A DNA stretch of 64,000 nucleotides from Macrostomum lignano (GCA_002269645.1 NIVC01001103.1:248001-312000), one strand, 5' to 3'. Counted from the stretch's first letter, positions 1 through 12,714 are shown. Notes: generated by a model from the letters alone, not told the origin. Numbers and translations are program-made.

Positions 1-3000
1 CCTGTGCCACCTGGACTCAAGGATGGGTTTATGGATTCAACAGTTATTTAGGCATGCGATTAGGAATATCGCCCTGGCAGTGGCAGGTGCTCCAGCTGAG
101 CAATTTTACTTGATTAGGCTGGTCTGTTTTTCAGGCAATTTTTGTGTTTTTGAAAACATTATTTTACGTACTGAATGCACTATCGGTATTGGAGCCGCAC
201 TGCATCGCGAATTTCTCAGAACTATCTTTTTCCCAGCTGGCTGATTTTCGAATCAAGTTGCAAGCATATACGAGTAGAAGGGGGTTGCAGCCTAGGGGTT
301 AGAGCGTCTGACTCACGACTTAAAGGTCGTGGGTTCGATTCTCGACCCACTCGGAACAATTTGTGTCCTTGAGCAAGACACTCAACTCTGCATTGCTTCA
401 GTTCACCCAGCTGTAAATTGGGTGCCAGCATTAGCTGGGGTAATTGAGGCAAGGACCACTAGAAGAACCAGAAGAACCTAGAAGGACCATCTTCTTCTAG
501 TGGTCCTTGAATTGAGGGTGTGTGTGGCGACCCCCCCCCCCCCCAGTCCTTGGACTGAACAGCCGTACGCAGCCTTCAGATGCGCCGCGCAATAGCTGCA
601 GCTGAGCTGTCTGCTGCACATCTGCTCCTTAGGGAGGTTTTATTCAATTTTTCTTATTATTAATTTATGCAGGCATATAATAATTACGCTCGTAATTGCC
701 ATGGAGGTGCAGTGAGAAAGTTGACAATGTTTATCAATAAAATTTCTCCCTCAGATGGGCTTCTTGGATTTTACACCCACACTTAGCAACAAGGCCCTGT
801 ATCCGTACTATTTTCGAATGAGCGTAACGCACGAAGTTTACGTCAGCGCAGTGCTCAGCGTGCTCAACCAGTTCGGTTGGGATCGGATCGGAATTCTCAC
901 TGTGGACTACGCGTCTATCTATGCCGTGAGCTGGTCCACTGCCGCCTCCTGACACCCACTGCCGCCTCCTGACACCCACTGCCGCCTCCTGACACCCACT
1001 GCCGCCTCCTGACACCCACTGCCGCTCCTGACACCCACTGCCGCGTCCTGACACCCACTGCCGCCTCCTGACACCCACTGCCGCCTCCTGACACCCACTG
1101 CCGCCTCCTGACACCCACTGCCGCGTCCTGACACCCACTGCCGCATCCTGACACCCACTGCCGCGTCCTGACACCCACTGCCGCGTCCTGACATCCACTG
1201 CCGCCTCCTGACACCCAGGCTTTCACTAACGCCCATGACATCTCCTAATTTCTTCTGAACTCCATACCTTGTCCTTACACTCATAGCTTGTCCTGACTTG
1301 TAAATCTCTCCTGATGCCACCTCACAACTTCTTCACTCGTGGCTTTTTTGGAAACCCCAGACCCCAGACCCCAAACCCCAGACCTCAGACCCCAGACCTC
1401 AGACCCCAGACCCCAGACCCCAAACCCCAGCCCTCAGACCCCAGACCCCAGACCCCAAACCCCAGACCCAAAACCCCAGCCCTCAGACCCCAGACCCCAA
1501 AGCACAGACCCCAGACCCCAGACCCCAGACCCCAAACCCCAGCCCTCAGACCCCAGACCCCAAAGCACAGACCCCAGACCCCAGACCCCAGACCCCAAAC
1601 CCCAGCCCTCAGACCCCAGACCCCAAAGCACAGACCCCAGACCCCAGACCCCAGACCCCAAACCCCAGACCTCAGACCCCAGACCTCAGACCCCAAACCC
1701 CAGACCTCAGACCCCAGACCCCTGACCCCTGACCCCAGACCCCAGACCCCAGACCCCAGACTTCAGACCCCAGACCCCAGACCCCAGACCCCAGACCCCA
1801 GACCCCAGACCCCAGACCCCAGACCCCTGACCCCAGACCCCAGACCCCAGACCCCAGACTTCAGACCCCAGACCCCAGACCCCAGACCCCAGACCCAGAC
1901 CCCAGACCCCAGACCCCAGACTCCAAACCCCAGACCTCAGACCCCAAACCCCAAAGCACAGACCCCAGACCCAGACCCCAGACCCCAGACCCCTGACCCC
2001 TACACCCCGGATGCATGATCAGCAAACTTCTCCTGACTCCCACAGCCTGATAATAAACCTCTGCCGGCCAATTTTAGCTGTGCGTCGAAGTTGAACAAAA
2101 ACTGAGGGCCAACAACATCAGCATTCTGGGTAAAGCCATCTACCATGAGGATCCCACGGACAGCCTGGCCTCTCTACTGGTAATTTGAACAGCCTTACTA
2201 GTAGAACTACCATGCAATGGAACCCCGTTACTATATGAATCGAAAAAATATTTGGCTAGTACTTACAGCAGTAGTAAACGACTCATTTCCAGAGAATGGA
2301 TATCCGAGTTTTTGTCGTTTTCCGCGCCCTGCCATACGAAAAATTCAGCTCGAGACTCGACTGCTTGGTGAGTCACTGAGTTCACAGTTTTCTTGTAAAG
2401 CAAATCTTTCAATATCGATTCGTAACGATTTGATTGGTTAATCAGTCGGCCGAACTTGCAGATCTCAAACATGTCCGCGTACGGACAGAAGTACACGTGG
2501 ATCCAGCTGGGCTACGTGTTCACCCAGTACGACGTGCCGAACTCGTGCCAGAGAGCGAATCGAGCCGCGGCCATGGAGGGCTCCATCGAGTTTGACAATG
2601 TGGTGGACGAAATTAGTGCGCCTGACCCAAGGTGCTTGCTGAATGCTGTGAGTTCCTCTGATGCTTTCGGGGCAGTCATTAAATGGGTCAGCCGAGACAG
2701 TGGGTCAGCCAAGACAGTGGGTCAACAAACACAGTGGGTCAACAAACACAGTGGGTCAACAAAAACACTGGGTCAACAAACACAGTGGGTCAACAAACAC
2801 ACTGGGTCAATAAATACGGTGGGTCAGCAAACACAGTGGGTCAACAAATACATTGAGTCAACAAACACAGTGGGTCAACAAATACGGTGAGTCAACAAAT
2901 ACGGTGGGACAGCAAACACAGTGGGTCAACAAATACATTGAGTCAACAAACACAGTGGGTCAACAAATACGGTGGGTCAACAAACACAGTGGGTCAACAA

Positions 3001-6000
3001 ACACAGTGGGTCAACAAATACATTGAGTCAACAAACACAGTGGGTCAACAAATACGGTGGGTCAACAAATACGGTGGGACAGCAAACACAGTGGGTCAAC
3101 AAATACATTGAGTCAACAAACACAGTGGGTCAACAAATACGGTGGGTCAACAAACACAGTGGGTCAACAAACACAGTGGGTCAACAAACACAGTGGGTCA
3201 ACAAATACGGTGGGTCAACAAACACGGTGGGTCAACAAACACAGTGGGTCAACAAACACGGTGGGTCAACAAACACAGTGGGTCAACAAACACAGTGGGT
3301 CAACAAACACGGTTGGTCAACAAATACGGTGGGACAGCAAACACAGTGGGTCAACAAATACATTGAGTCAACAAACACAGTGGGTCAACAAATACGGTGG
3401 GTCAACAAATACGGTGGGTCAACAAATACGGTGCGTCAACAAACACAGTGGGTCAACAAACACAGTGGGTCAACAAACACAGTGGGTCAACAAACACAGT
3501 GGGTCAACAAATACGGTGGGTCAACAAACACAGTGGGTCAACAAATACGGTGGGTCAACAAATACGGTGGGTCAACAAATACGGTGGGTCATCAAGCACA
3601 GTGGGTCAACTAGGATGCAGCGGGTCACCAGGCAAGACCGTGAATGCCCTATCACGAGCAATGCTCCTGCTTCCATCCTCCCAGTCTGGAGAGGAAATAT
3701 TCTCCAGTTTCAAAGAGCAGTTTCCCGAGGTCAGAGGCCGGATGTACGGCCTGAGCGGACTGAGCATTCATCTGGACTCAGTGCTCACTTCGGCCTTGGC
3801 TATTAATCACACCCTGGAGACTCAAGCTTACAGTCCGGTGCAGCAGCTCAATGACACCCGCTTCAATGCGGCCCTGGTGGACAACCTGCGGCGGATGGAT
3901 TACTTTGGAATAACGGTGAGCCCTGTGGTGTGGGTGCTGGGTGATGCTGATGGAAGGTGATGCTGATGGAGGGTGATGCTGATGGAGGATGATGCTGATG
4001 GAAGGTGATGCTGATGGAGGGTGATGCTGATGGAGGATGATGCTGATGGAGGGTGATGCTGATGGAGGATGATGCTGATGGAGGGTGATGCTGATGGAGG
4101 GTAATGCTGATGGAGGGTGATGCTGATGGAGGGTGATGCTGATGGAGGGCGATGCTGATGGAGGGTGATGCTGATGGAGGGCGATGCTGATGGAGGGCGA
4201 TGCTGATGGAGGGTGATGCTGATGGTGGGCGATGCTGATGGAGGGTGATGCTGATGGAGTGTGATGCTGATGGAGGGCGATGCTGATGGAGGGTGATGCT
4301 GATGGAGAGTGATGCTGACGGAGTGTGATGCTGATGGAGGGCGATGCTGATGGAGGGTGATGCTGATGGAGAGTGATGCTGACGGAGTGTGATGCTGATG
4401 GAGGGCGATGCTGATGGTGGGTGATGCTGATGGAGGGTGATGCTGATGGAGGATGATGCTGATGGTGGGTGATGCTGATGGAGGGTGCTGATGGAGGCTG
4501 GTGCACTAAGGTATTCCTGCTGTTAAAAACCCGTGGCCCAATGCATCAGCTTGTATCCGACAGCGGTGCAATTTGTTTTAAATATTTTCCAGGGCCGAAT
4601 TCGCTTCAATCCGGAGGGTGACCGCATCGTGCTAGTGAATGTCTACCAGATCCGCAGTGAGTGGCTCTCAACATAATTAATTAATAACTCAATCACAGTT
4701 CGTACGGCTAACTCAGTAAAACAACTTAATCTCACAATTGGCAGACCTCACGCGCCGGTTGGTGGCGAGATTTGACCCGGCAACCGGCAACATCACCTGG
4801 CTGACTGACATTTGGTTTCCCGGTATGCCAATTTGCTGCATAGACACTGATCGCTTTCGGTTAAGATATCTCTGAAGATTTCACAAGAAGATTTCACGGA
4901 AATATGATTCACTGAAATATTATTCACGGAAATCGGATTCCCGGAAATCGGATTCACGGAAATCGGATTCACGGAAATCGGATTTATAAAACTGGGATTC
5001 GAAAAAAATGGATTCGTAGAAACAGGATTAGCAGGATTCGCAGGAATAGAATTCTTATAAAGCGTTCACATGAATGAGAATTTTCAGAAATTATGATATT
5101 TTGATGTGATCCTTTATCCATTTATATTTTAGGATATATAAATATGAAACATGTACAATCAATATGTTTGTTCATTGGGCATCAAGAACTTATAGAATTA
5201 GCATTTAAGTATTGTGGATATTGTTTTACAGGCACAAAAGAAATAAAAAAATGACAACCCACTGTACCCACCGGCTCCATCAATCTCAGACGGCAAGCCA
5301 ACTCTGGTGCAGCCGGCAATCGAGTGGCGTCCGGCTCGCGTCTCCCAGCCCTGGGCCGTCCTCATCGCCTGCCTGTCCTCGCTGTCCATCCTGCTCTCGC
5401 TGGCCTGCGTCATCTTCAACGTGAAGCACCGCGACGCCCGGCTAATCCGCATGAGCAGCCCCAACATCAACAACCTCATCGGGGTCGGCTGTGTGCTCTG
5501 CTTCGCCTCATGCCTGGCCAAGGCGGCCGATTCCGTCTTGCCGCTGACGACGGCGCTCTGCTGGCTGGAGCTGTGCCTCATCTGTGCCGGCTACTCGCTG
5601 GCCTACGGGGCCCTCCTGGCCAAGACCTGGCGAGTGCACCGCGTCTTCAGCAACCGCCAGATGCGGCGAGTGGTGCGTGCGACCCGCGGTCTCTGGTGCA
5701 TCTCTGAATCTCCACACTATACTCTATACTATATGACCACTAAATGCAGTCCACATCTGTATTACATGTTGAATTGCATACTTTTTCTTACTTCTCTTTT
5801 CTTATTAAATTTCTGAACTCTGCGCAACCAGGTGATTCGTGACTACCAGCTAGTGGCCATTGCCTTCTTCGTCGTGCTGGTCGATGCCATTCTGATCGGA
5901 GTCTGGGCCATCGCCGACCCGCTGCAGCTGCGGGAGATCAGCCTACCAGACGTGGTCTGTACTTGAATTCCTTACTCGCTAACCCTGCTAATCGTTAACA

Positions 6001-8639
6001 CTCCCTTCACTGCTAACCCCTGACACCCACCTCACTCCTAGCCCCGCAAACCCTATCGACACCCACCTCACTACCTTCCCCGCTACACCCCTGACACCCA
6101 CCTCACTCCCAGCCCCGCAAACTCTATCGACACCCACCTCACTACCTTCCCCGCTACACCCCTGACACCCACCTCACTCCCAGCCCCGCAAACCCTCCCA
6201 ACACCCACCTCACTCCCTGCCCCGCAAACCCTATCGAAACTCACCTCACTCCCTACCCCGCAAACCCTATCGACACCCACCCCACTACCTTCCCCGCAAA
6301 CCCTATCAACACCCACCTTACTACCTTCCCCGCAAACTCTATCGAAACCCACGTAACTCCCTGCTTTGTAAGCCAAATAAAGACCTCAAAATCCTCTACT
6401 TTACTGATCTCTTCCACATTAACGACTTGCATGAGGAAAGCCCTGAGGCAAAAAATAGGTGCAACAGTACGAGCTAGTTTCAACAACAAAATGGTATTTT
6501 ATTCCACCTTTTTTTCCTTTACTAAACATTTATTATGCCTATTCGGATATTTGCTTACTCCAATGTAAGAAATGCAATTATAGAAATGGGCTAAAATACG
6601 ACGTACGATTGTGTTTTTCAAACCATGATAGCCTATTTCCTGCTGTTAATCTATTTTTAGCCTAACGAGCTCAACACACTAATCGTGAAGCGGACTGCGC
6701 AAGTCTGCCGCTCTGAATACCATCGAGTCTGGGAAGGCTGCCTAATCGGGATAAACGGTCAGCAGTTGCTAATTTTCGCCACTAAATATTTTTTATTGCT
6801 GTTGTCATTTAAGCATAAAATACCTTTTTGAAAAAATTAAGGCAATGTCTATTGCCGTCGTGTTCTAAGCTATGCTAAGCTACGCATTTCTGACATGTGG
6901 AAAAGGCATGGGGGTTTAGGGCTTGAGATAAGTTTCTAAAGATTTTTGGGCAAAATATATTGCTGACGTCCAGGGGTCTTGAGGGCAGGGAGTGAGGTGG
7001 GTGTCGATAGGGTTTCGAGGAAAGGGAGTGAGGTGGGTGTCGGTAGGGTTTCGGGGACAGGGAGTGAAGTGGGGTGTCGATAGGGTTTCGGTACAGGGAG
7101 TGAGGTGGGTGTCGGTAGGGTTTCGGGGACAGGGAATGAGGTGGGTGTCGATAGGGTTTCGGGGGGCAGGGGGTGAGGTGGGTTTGGGAGTTTGCAAGGC
7201 AGGACTGAGGCGGGTGTCGCAGGCTCTGTGAGTAAACAGAATGTGATGTTTCATGCATGTGTTAGAGCTAAGCTTGGCAAAATAACTGAAGGTAAAGCCG
7301 ATCCCGCAGGCCTGCTGCTCGCTGTAGGGATCATGTTCGCCTGGGAGACGCGCAACATTTACATGGAGGAGCTGAACGACTCTAAGACGATTGGGGTGTG
7401 CGTCTACAATACGGTGGTGATGGGAATCGCCGGGGTCGCTCTGCTGTTCGTGCTGCCCGACACGGAGCTCGATCTGAAATTTGGCCTGGTCTCAGTGTGC
7501 ATTCTCACCTGTGCCGCCACCACCGTGGTGCTCGTGTTCGGCAGCAAAGTGCGCTCAGAAATATTGCTACGATCTTGTTGTTTGAAAGAGACGGTAGCTT
7601 GTATATGCATATGCTCTCGTTTTGCCGAAGGCTTACCGAATAGCTTCTAACATTGTTTCTAATATGGCTTCTAGTATGGCTTCTAGAATGGATTTTAGTA
7701 TGGTTTCTAATATGGCTTCTATTATGGCTTCTAGAATGGATTTTAGTATGGTTTCTAATATGGCTTCTATTATGGCTTCTAGAATGGATTTTAGTATGGT
7801 TTCTAATATGGCTTCTATTATGGCTTCTAGAATGGATTTTAGTATGGTTTCTAATATGGCTTCTATTATGGCTTCTAGAATGGATTTTAGTATGGTTTCT
7901 AATATGGCTTCTATTATGGCTTCTAGAATGGATTTTAGTATGGTTTCTAATATGACTTCTATTATGGCTTCTAGAATGGATTTTAGTATGGTTTCTAATA
8001 TGGCTTCTATTATGGCTTCTAGAATGGATTTTAGTATGGTTTCTAATATGGCTTCTAGAATGGCTTCTAGAACGGATTTTAGTATGGTTTCTAATATGGC
8101 TTCTAGTATGGCTTCTAGTATGGCTTCTAGAATGGATTTTAGTATGGTTTCTAATATGGCTTCTATTATGGCTTCTAGAATGGATTTTAGTATGGTTTCT
8201 AATATGGCTTCTATTATGGCTTCTAGAATGGATTTTAGTATGGTTTCTAATATGGCTTCTAGAATGGCTTCTAGAACGGATTTTAGTATGGTTTCTAATA
8301 TGGCTTCTAGTATGGCTTCTAGTATGGCTTCTAGAATGGATTTTAGTATGGCTTCTGACATTGCAGCCAGTAAGACTTCTAGCATGGCTTTGGCTTTCAG
8401 CATGGCTTCCCTTTTGGACTCTAATATGACTTCCTGAGACTGGCTGTGCCCGATCCACTGTCTATGTATGGCTTTGACTAGCAACACAAACCCTGTACAA
8501 GCAGGTACGGTTGCCGCCATAACACTCACTATCCCTATTCCAGATCTACGCCATACTGAAGCCAGCAGCCAAGGTGGGCGACAATCAATCAGCGTTCAGC
8601 ATCGCTGGCTCAGTAAATTCAGCAAATTCTAGCGGCTGA
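1..8639 (+). CDS. GABA-B-receptor-family class C GPCR (Venus-flytrap + 7TM, no cysteine-rich domain), 5' end outside window
   Basis: Exons with AG/GT boundaries and matching phases: 755-925, 2078-2179, 2293-2367, 2462-2647, 3685-3915, 4593-4656, 4745-4822, 5290-5672, 5832-5954, 6661-6757, 7310-7548, 8544-8639 (1845 nt, TGA 8637-8639). A further exon <=1-121 is less certain. Motifs: PTLSNKALYPYYFR (VFT), NVKHRDARLIRMSSPNINNL, LAKTWRVHRVF, FAWETRN...LNDSKTIGVCVYN, all GABA-B-like. Confidence 0.9.
280..450 (+). mobile_element. tRNA-derived SINE with CORE-like central domain
   Basis: A-box-like GCAGCCTAGGGGTTAG (287-302) and B-box GGGTTCGATTC (331-341). 360-423 (TGTGTCCTTGAGCAAGACACT...CTTCAGTTCACCCAGCTGTAAATTGGG) resembles the MIR/CORE consensus. 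Lies in the putative first GPCR intron. Confidence 0.75.
931..1215. repeat. 20-bp minisatellite (CTGACACCCACTGCCGCCTC)n, intronic
   Basis: Tandem copies start a few nt after the donor at 926. Confidence 0.95.
1355..2010. repeat. (GACCCCA)n 7-bp repeat, intronic
   Basis: Directly visible; minus strand reads (TGGGGTC)n. Confidence 0.95.
2690..3612. repeat. 17-bp minisatellite (ACAGTGGGTCAACAAAC)n, intronic
   Basis: Tandem copies with variant units. Confidence 0.95.
3930..4500. repeat. 18-bp minisatellite (GAGGGTGATGCTGATGGA-type), intronic
   Basis: Tandem copies just after the donor at 3916. Confidence 0.95.
4885..5010. repeat. short decayed 15-bp tandem repeat (GATTCACGGAAATCG)
   Basis: About 4 good and several degenerate copies. 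Confidence 0.75.
6018..6360 (+). repeat. ~36-bp minisatellite (AAACCCTATCGACACCCACCTCACTCCC...), left member of an inverted pair
   Basis: Tandem copies in intron 5955-6660. Confidence 0.9.
6975..7190 (-). repeat. same ~36-bp minisatellite in reverse orientation
   Basis: GGGAGTGAGGTGGGTGTCGATAGGGTTT is the reverse complement of the 6018-6360 unit; lies in intron 6758-7309. Confidence 0.9.
7650..8350. repeat. 48-bp repeat built of 12-bp ATGGCTTCTAGT-like subunits, intronic
   Basis: Explains the 16-aa periodic ORFs 7505-8529. Confidence 0.95.
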
Positions 8640-9369
8640 TGAAGATTAGTAGGTCCGCTGAGATACTAGGGATACCGCCTGTTGAAGAGACACTTTTCCC
8701 CAACCTGAGACTGCATCAGACTCGTAAAATACGTTTTGTCCTTTTTAAAACGTCGTGACCCACAACATTTTCTCACAAAAGGCGGTCGATTGACCTTCTT
8801 TGACCGTTGCACTTTTGACGATTTTTTGCGACTGTGTTGACTCTAAGACCTCCTTTACCAGCTCATTTAGTTAGCTAGTTGTATTATTGTTGTACTTACA
8901 CAAATGAATACGCTATAATCTGGACCAGATAATTATATTGGTCCTTAATGATAAATCACTGTACTAAGTAGCGCTTTAGAGCTGATAATAATAGTAACTG
9001 TTGTGACCACTGTGCATCCGACTCATCATATACGATTTGCACTTTTTGTTGTCCACATTGCCTGTGCGGACAATTTAAACTTATTAATTTAAACTCATTG
9101 TAAGTTTATTACAATGAGGTTTGCTGACTTCATTTCAGCCACTATAGCCTGCATTGATCTCTCCCCCTTTTTTCTCTCCCCACCCGCACGCTGATTGGCT
9201 GAAACCGGTTTTGTCTGCTCTCTCTCCCCCCAGCCCCAGTCTGTCTGCCCCCTCTCATCTTAGCCCCAACCCATTTTTATCGCAACCTGTTTTTTATCGA
9301 TTTTTATAGGACTCCAGCCCCAAGCTGACTATTTGGTTGTGAATTGTGAATTGTTTGGGTCTAATGAAA

Positions 9370-9470
9370 ATTGCCCGCAGGAAATTTGCCCAGCGCGAAT
9401 TTTGTCCAGCGCGAATTTTGTCCAGCGCGAATTTTGTCCACCGAGGATTGCCCGCCGAAGTTTTCCCACA
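9370..9470. repeat. short GCCCG/GTCCAGCGCGAATTTT tandem cluster; related cluster at 10165-10235 (CCCGCCGAGCTTTT)
   Basis: Two small same-orientation clusters of the kind found in subterminal regions of non-autonomous DNA elements; element ends not identified. Confidence 0.5.
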
Positions 9471-10519
9471 TTTGCATTTCACCCATATTAATTTACAAGT
9501 ATTTACGAGTCTAGGTCCTTAAATTTCATTTTTTAATTTCATTTTTTAACATACAATCCTTAAATTCTGTGCTCTTTATCTTTAGTGCTGCTAGGGACGG
9601 GTTTGAGTATTTCTGGACTCCAGATTGCGTGATCTATAGGACCAGTTAACAGATATATATGTAATTAAAAGATGTAAATCCATACTAGGCGTCTAAGCAA
9701 GGTAGTCTAATATTGAGTAGAACACATTGTTGGTATAGAGTTATAGTTTAAACTTTACTACTCTTAAATACATGTAAATTAATGTGGGTGAACTGCAAAT
9801 GTAGGTAAACTTTGGCGGCACTTCAGTTCAGTGCAACTTTCGTACTCCCGAATTGTTTATCTGTTGGAAAGTTTAATCAAATAAAGAACCAAGTTGAGCC
9901 CCTTATAAGTGTGTGCAGTTGCTCGTACTTTATTTGCTTTTTTTATTTTCTGTGAAGCCAGCGAGATTGGTTGCACCCTTACCCAAATTACTATTGCACT
10001 TTCTTACCATGGACCAAGGAATAACATTGGCAGCTGATTACCATAGACAAAGCTCGTAACACGCCACTCGACCAGGCCATTGCGACGAATAAGATTTTCG
10101 CATTGATCGGGCTTAATTAACAACTCGACTGACCCACTACTCATTTATTATTATTGTGTCCATGAGAACTGCCCGCAGACGAATTGCCCGCCGAGCTTTT
10201 CCCGCCGAGCTTTTCCCGCCGAGATTTGCCTGCAATGTTTTTATCATTTTTTTCAAAAGAGATTTGCCCGATCAAAACTTTTTGATGATGATAACTGCAT
10301 CCCCTAAATCTCTTTATTAAGACTTCTAAACATTGGTGCAGCAAGAAAAAAGTATGGCGCATGCATGGCCACACAACCATTGTTTCAAACGAAGGTCTGT
10401 TGCACCAAAAAAATCTGAGCAAAAATCGGTTTTAGCCACAGGAATAAACAGAAATTGGCCTTCAGCAACCTTGCCAGTTTGCCACCAAGGGGGCTTGGCC
10501 AAAGCTGCATGGGCCAGAA

Positions 10520-12557
10520 CAGGGACTCCTGGGCCCGCTTCGCTTAGGGGGACACGCCAGTTTTTCTACCCCCTTCGCTGCCAGCTGGAGGCCGATTTTG
10601 TTGGCTAGAAATCTTTCGTCCCCGCATTCTCATTTAGTCATGAATGGAAGATTTTTCTTTTTTCTTTTTTTCACGTACAAATTTTATGCATTTTAGAGTT
10701 GAAATTATTATCTAATAGACAAAATCCATATCATATCCATCCATATCCATATGAATAATAATCTTAAACTTAGAACAGCATACTAATTTATTTAGAGACT
10801 CTAGAAATTAACTGAACAAAGCCATATCAAGCCATGTTAAAAAAGCTGGGGATTTTATTTATCCAAATCTGAAAAGTCTTCGGCTTCATTCTCAATTTGC
10901 AAAAACAACAACTGATTCCTTCAACAACAACAACAAAGTACGGCAGCCCTCGACAAGTCAAGCTGGGTTGCTGTCAAAAAGCGCGCTCAAGCGCAGAATA
11001 GCGAGTCCGCGAGGGTCAAAAGTCTCAGCGTCTCTTAAAAGCATGAGGTCGACGAAACGCAAACTTCTCGCCTGACCAAGCCGCCGCGGCCCTTGAAGGG
11101 AGAGCAGCAGCACTTCCTGCAGCGGCTCAGGGCAGCACTGCACTACTTGGATGCCGTGGCAGCGCAGCAGCTGACTGGGCCGGGAGAGCGGCTGGGTATA
11201 GCTGGTCATTGCTGGTGTTGGTGGCTGTCGGCGAGTAGTGGACACCAAAGGGGGCTCTCAGAAGTCCGCGTGAGCGGCGTCGAGTTGCCGCTCCTGCGGG
11301 CCAGTCAGTGGTCCACACGTTTCAGCAATGTAAAGGAGGATGGTTTCAATGACTGCCTGGAACAGCCGCCCTCCAGATGATCCGGCAGCGCGGGGCACTA
11401 CAGGACGGAATGCGTCCCAGGCAAGCGCCTTGCGTCGTGCCCATGATGCTTGGCACAAGACCGCCGAGGTAGATAAACTCTTTGCAGCGGAGGCAGCAAC
11501 GCCGCCTGCCCGTTTTGTGCAGCGGCAGTAGATCTCAGCTGGGAGGTCCGTCGGTATGGTCAGCACCATTGTCTTTTCGTTTCGCCTTTCCTCGGCCGTT
11601 TCACCCGGCAGGTTCAGAGCATCGCGTCACTTGCGGCCTGTCAGCTGACTGACGACCGACCAGACGGCACGCGGTTTCTTGTCGGGGTCGGCGTCTGTGA
11701 CAGAGGTCTCTACCGAGGCGCGTTGCCGGGCTTTAAAAGTCTCCGCTAGAGTCTCCTCTTCCTTCTCCACAGGCTGTCTGCTCCACCGCAGTCTCTCCAC
11801 TGTCAGCCGGGCCTGTCGCAGCACTTCGTCGTCCCGCCACACTGGCCGGGCCGCTCCTCTCTGCTGGCTCACCAGCGGTAGAGTTTTGTTTGCGGCGGCT
11901 TGTGGATGGTGGCGCTGATGTCCGGTACTCGGCTGGGATTGTTGTGTCTGGCCGTCCTTCCAGCGCCTCGGCAAAGGCCAGACGGCAGACAGAAGCGGAC
12001 ATTTGTAACTGGGTTGTGTAGGGCGCGGAAGTACTCCCGCCTGAGACATCGATGCGTTAATGTTTGAGCAGCCAACAGCGCAGCAAAACATGCACTTCGG
12101 CTGGGTTTTCGGTGGTCATTTCAATTACAAGAGATTTCTTTCAAAACAGAATTTCGTTTCCTTACAGGGTTAAGAAAGAAAAGACAGTAGAACTTGAAAT
12201 CTGTGCTGTGCGTATTCTTAAAAGTTAAAATATTAACTACGAGTCTGACTGACTCATTCATCCAAAACTTTGCACACATTTGTACTGTGTGAGCCTTTTG
12301 TACGGGGTGCTTCCATGATGTCCTCTCCTATCTTCCTAAGCATTTTCTTCCCTCTTTGGGATCGGCCTCCTTCATGCCTCCCATTATTAACAGTCAAATG
12401 CACATGTATACATATAGGGGGATAGATATACAAGCAGTTTTTAGCTAGGCTTTGTCCTCCCCTTCCCGGGTCTCTATTTCGAGAGATCGGCCTCCAATTG
12501 TCAAGCCCCAAAATGCGTGTCATGTCCCCCTAAGCGAAGCGGGCCCAGGAGTCCCTG
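10520..12557. mobile_element. non-autonomous TIR DNA transposon (hAT-like), 2038 bp
   Basis: Perfect 35-bp TIRs CAGGGACTCCTGGGCCCGCTTCGCTTAGGGGGACA (10520-10554; reverse complement 12523-12557). Flanking direct repeat GCCAGAA (10513-10519 and 12558-12564), or 8-bp GGCCAGAA if the terminal G is shared. No transposase ORF. Confidence 0.9.
10921..12110 (-). mobile_element. internally deleted, frameshifted RTE-type non-LTR retrotransposon fragment
   Basis: Minus-strand frames give post-endonuclease linker (DHR...REYFRAL...PVWRDD...AVWSVVSQLTGRK) and post-RT C-terminus (FIYLGGLVP, RKALAW, LFQAVIETILLY.AET, QLDAAHA). RT core is missing near 11570-11590. 3' tail is (TTG)n at 10921-10937. Confidence 0.8.
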
Positions 12558-12714
12558 GCCAGAAACAGTGCCGTGAGAAACTTTTTAGCCAACACCGCTT
12601 GCTTCTGTGCGACTTGAGAATGAAAAATGAATCACCACCAGAGATAAGGGAGCCGGTACCTCGTCTCTGGCTAGACTAGATATGTTGATATTGAAAACAC
12701 AGAAGTCGAGCGGA

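Noticed and set aside
280-352. Functional tRNA gene
   Set aside because: The acceptor stem does not close, and the sequence runs directly into a CORE-SINE body.
734-8529. Repetitive ORFs (PRPQT, GQQTQW, HHPPSA, ILEAI, SNMAS) as collagen-, mucin- or antifreeze-like proteins
   Set aside because: All lie in GPCR introns defined by phase-consistent splice sites and mirror the DNA repeat unit.
12040-12091. MFCCAVGCSN as a THAP zinc-finger start of a P-element/hAT transposase
   Set aside because: No downstream FP, W or CxxHF THAP motifs in frame; an overlapping frame fits the RTE DHR...YFRAL linker better.
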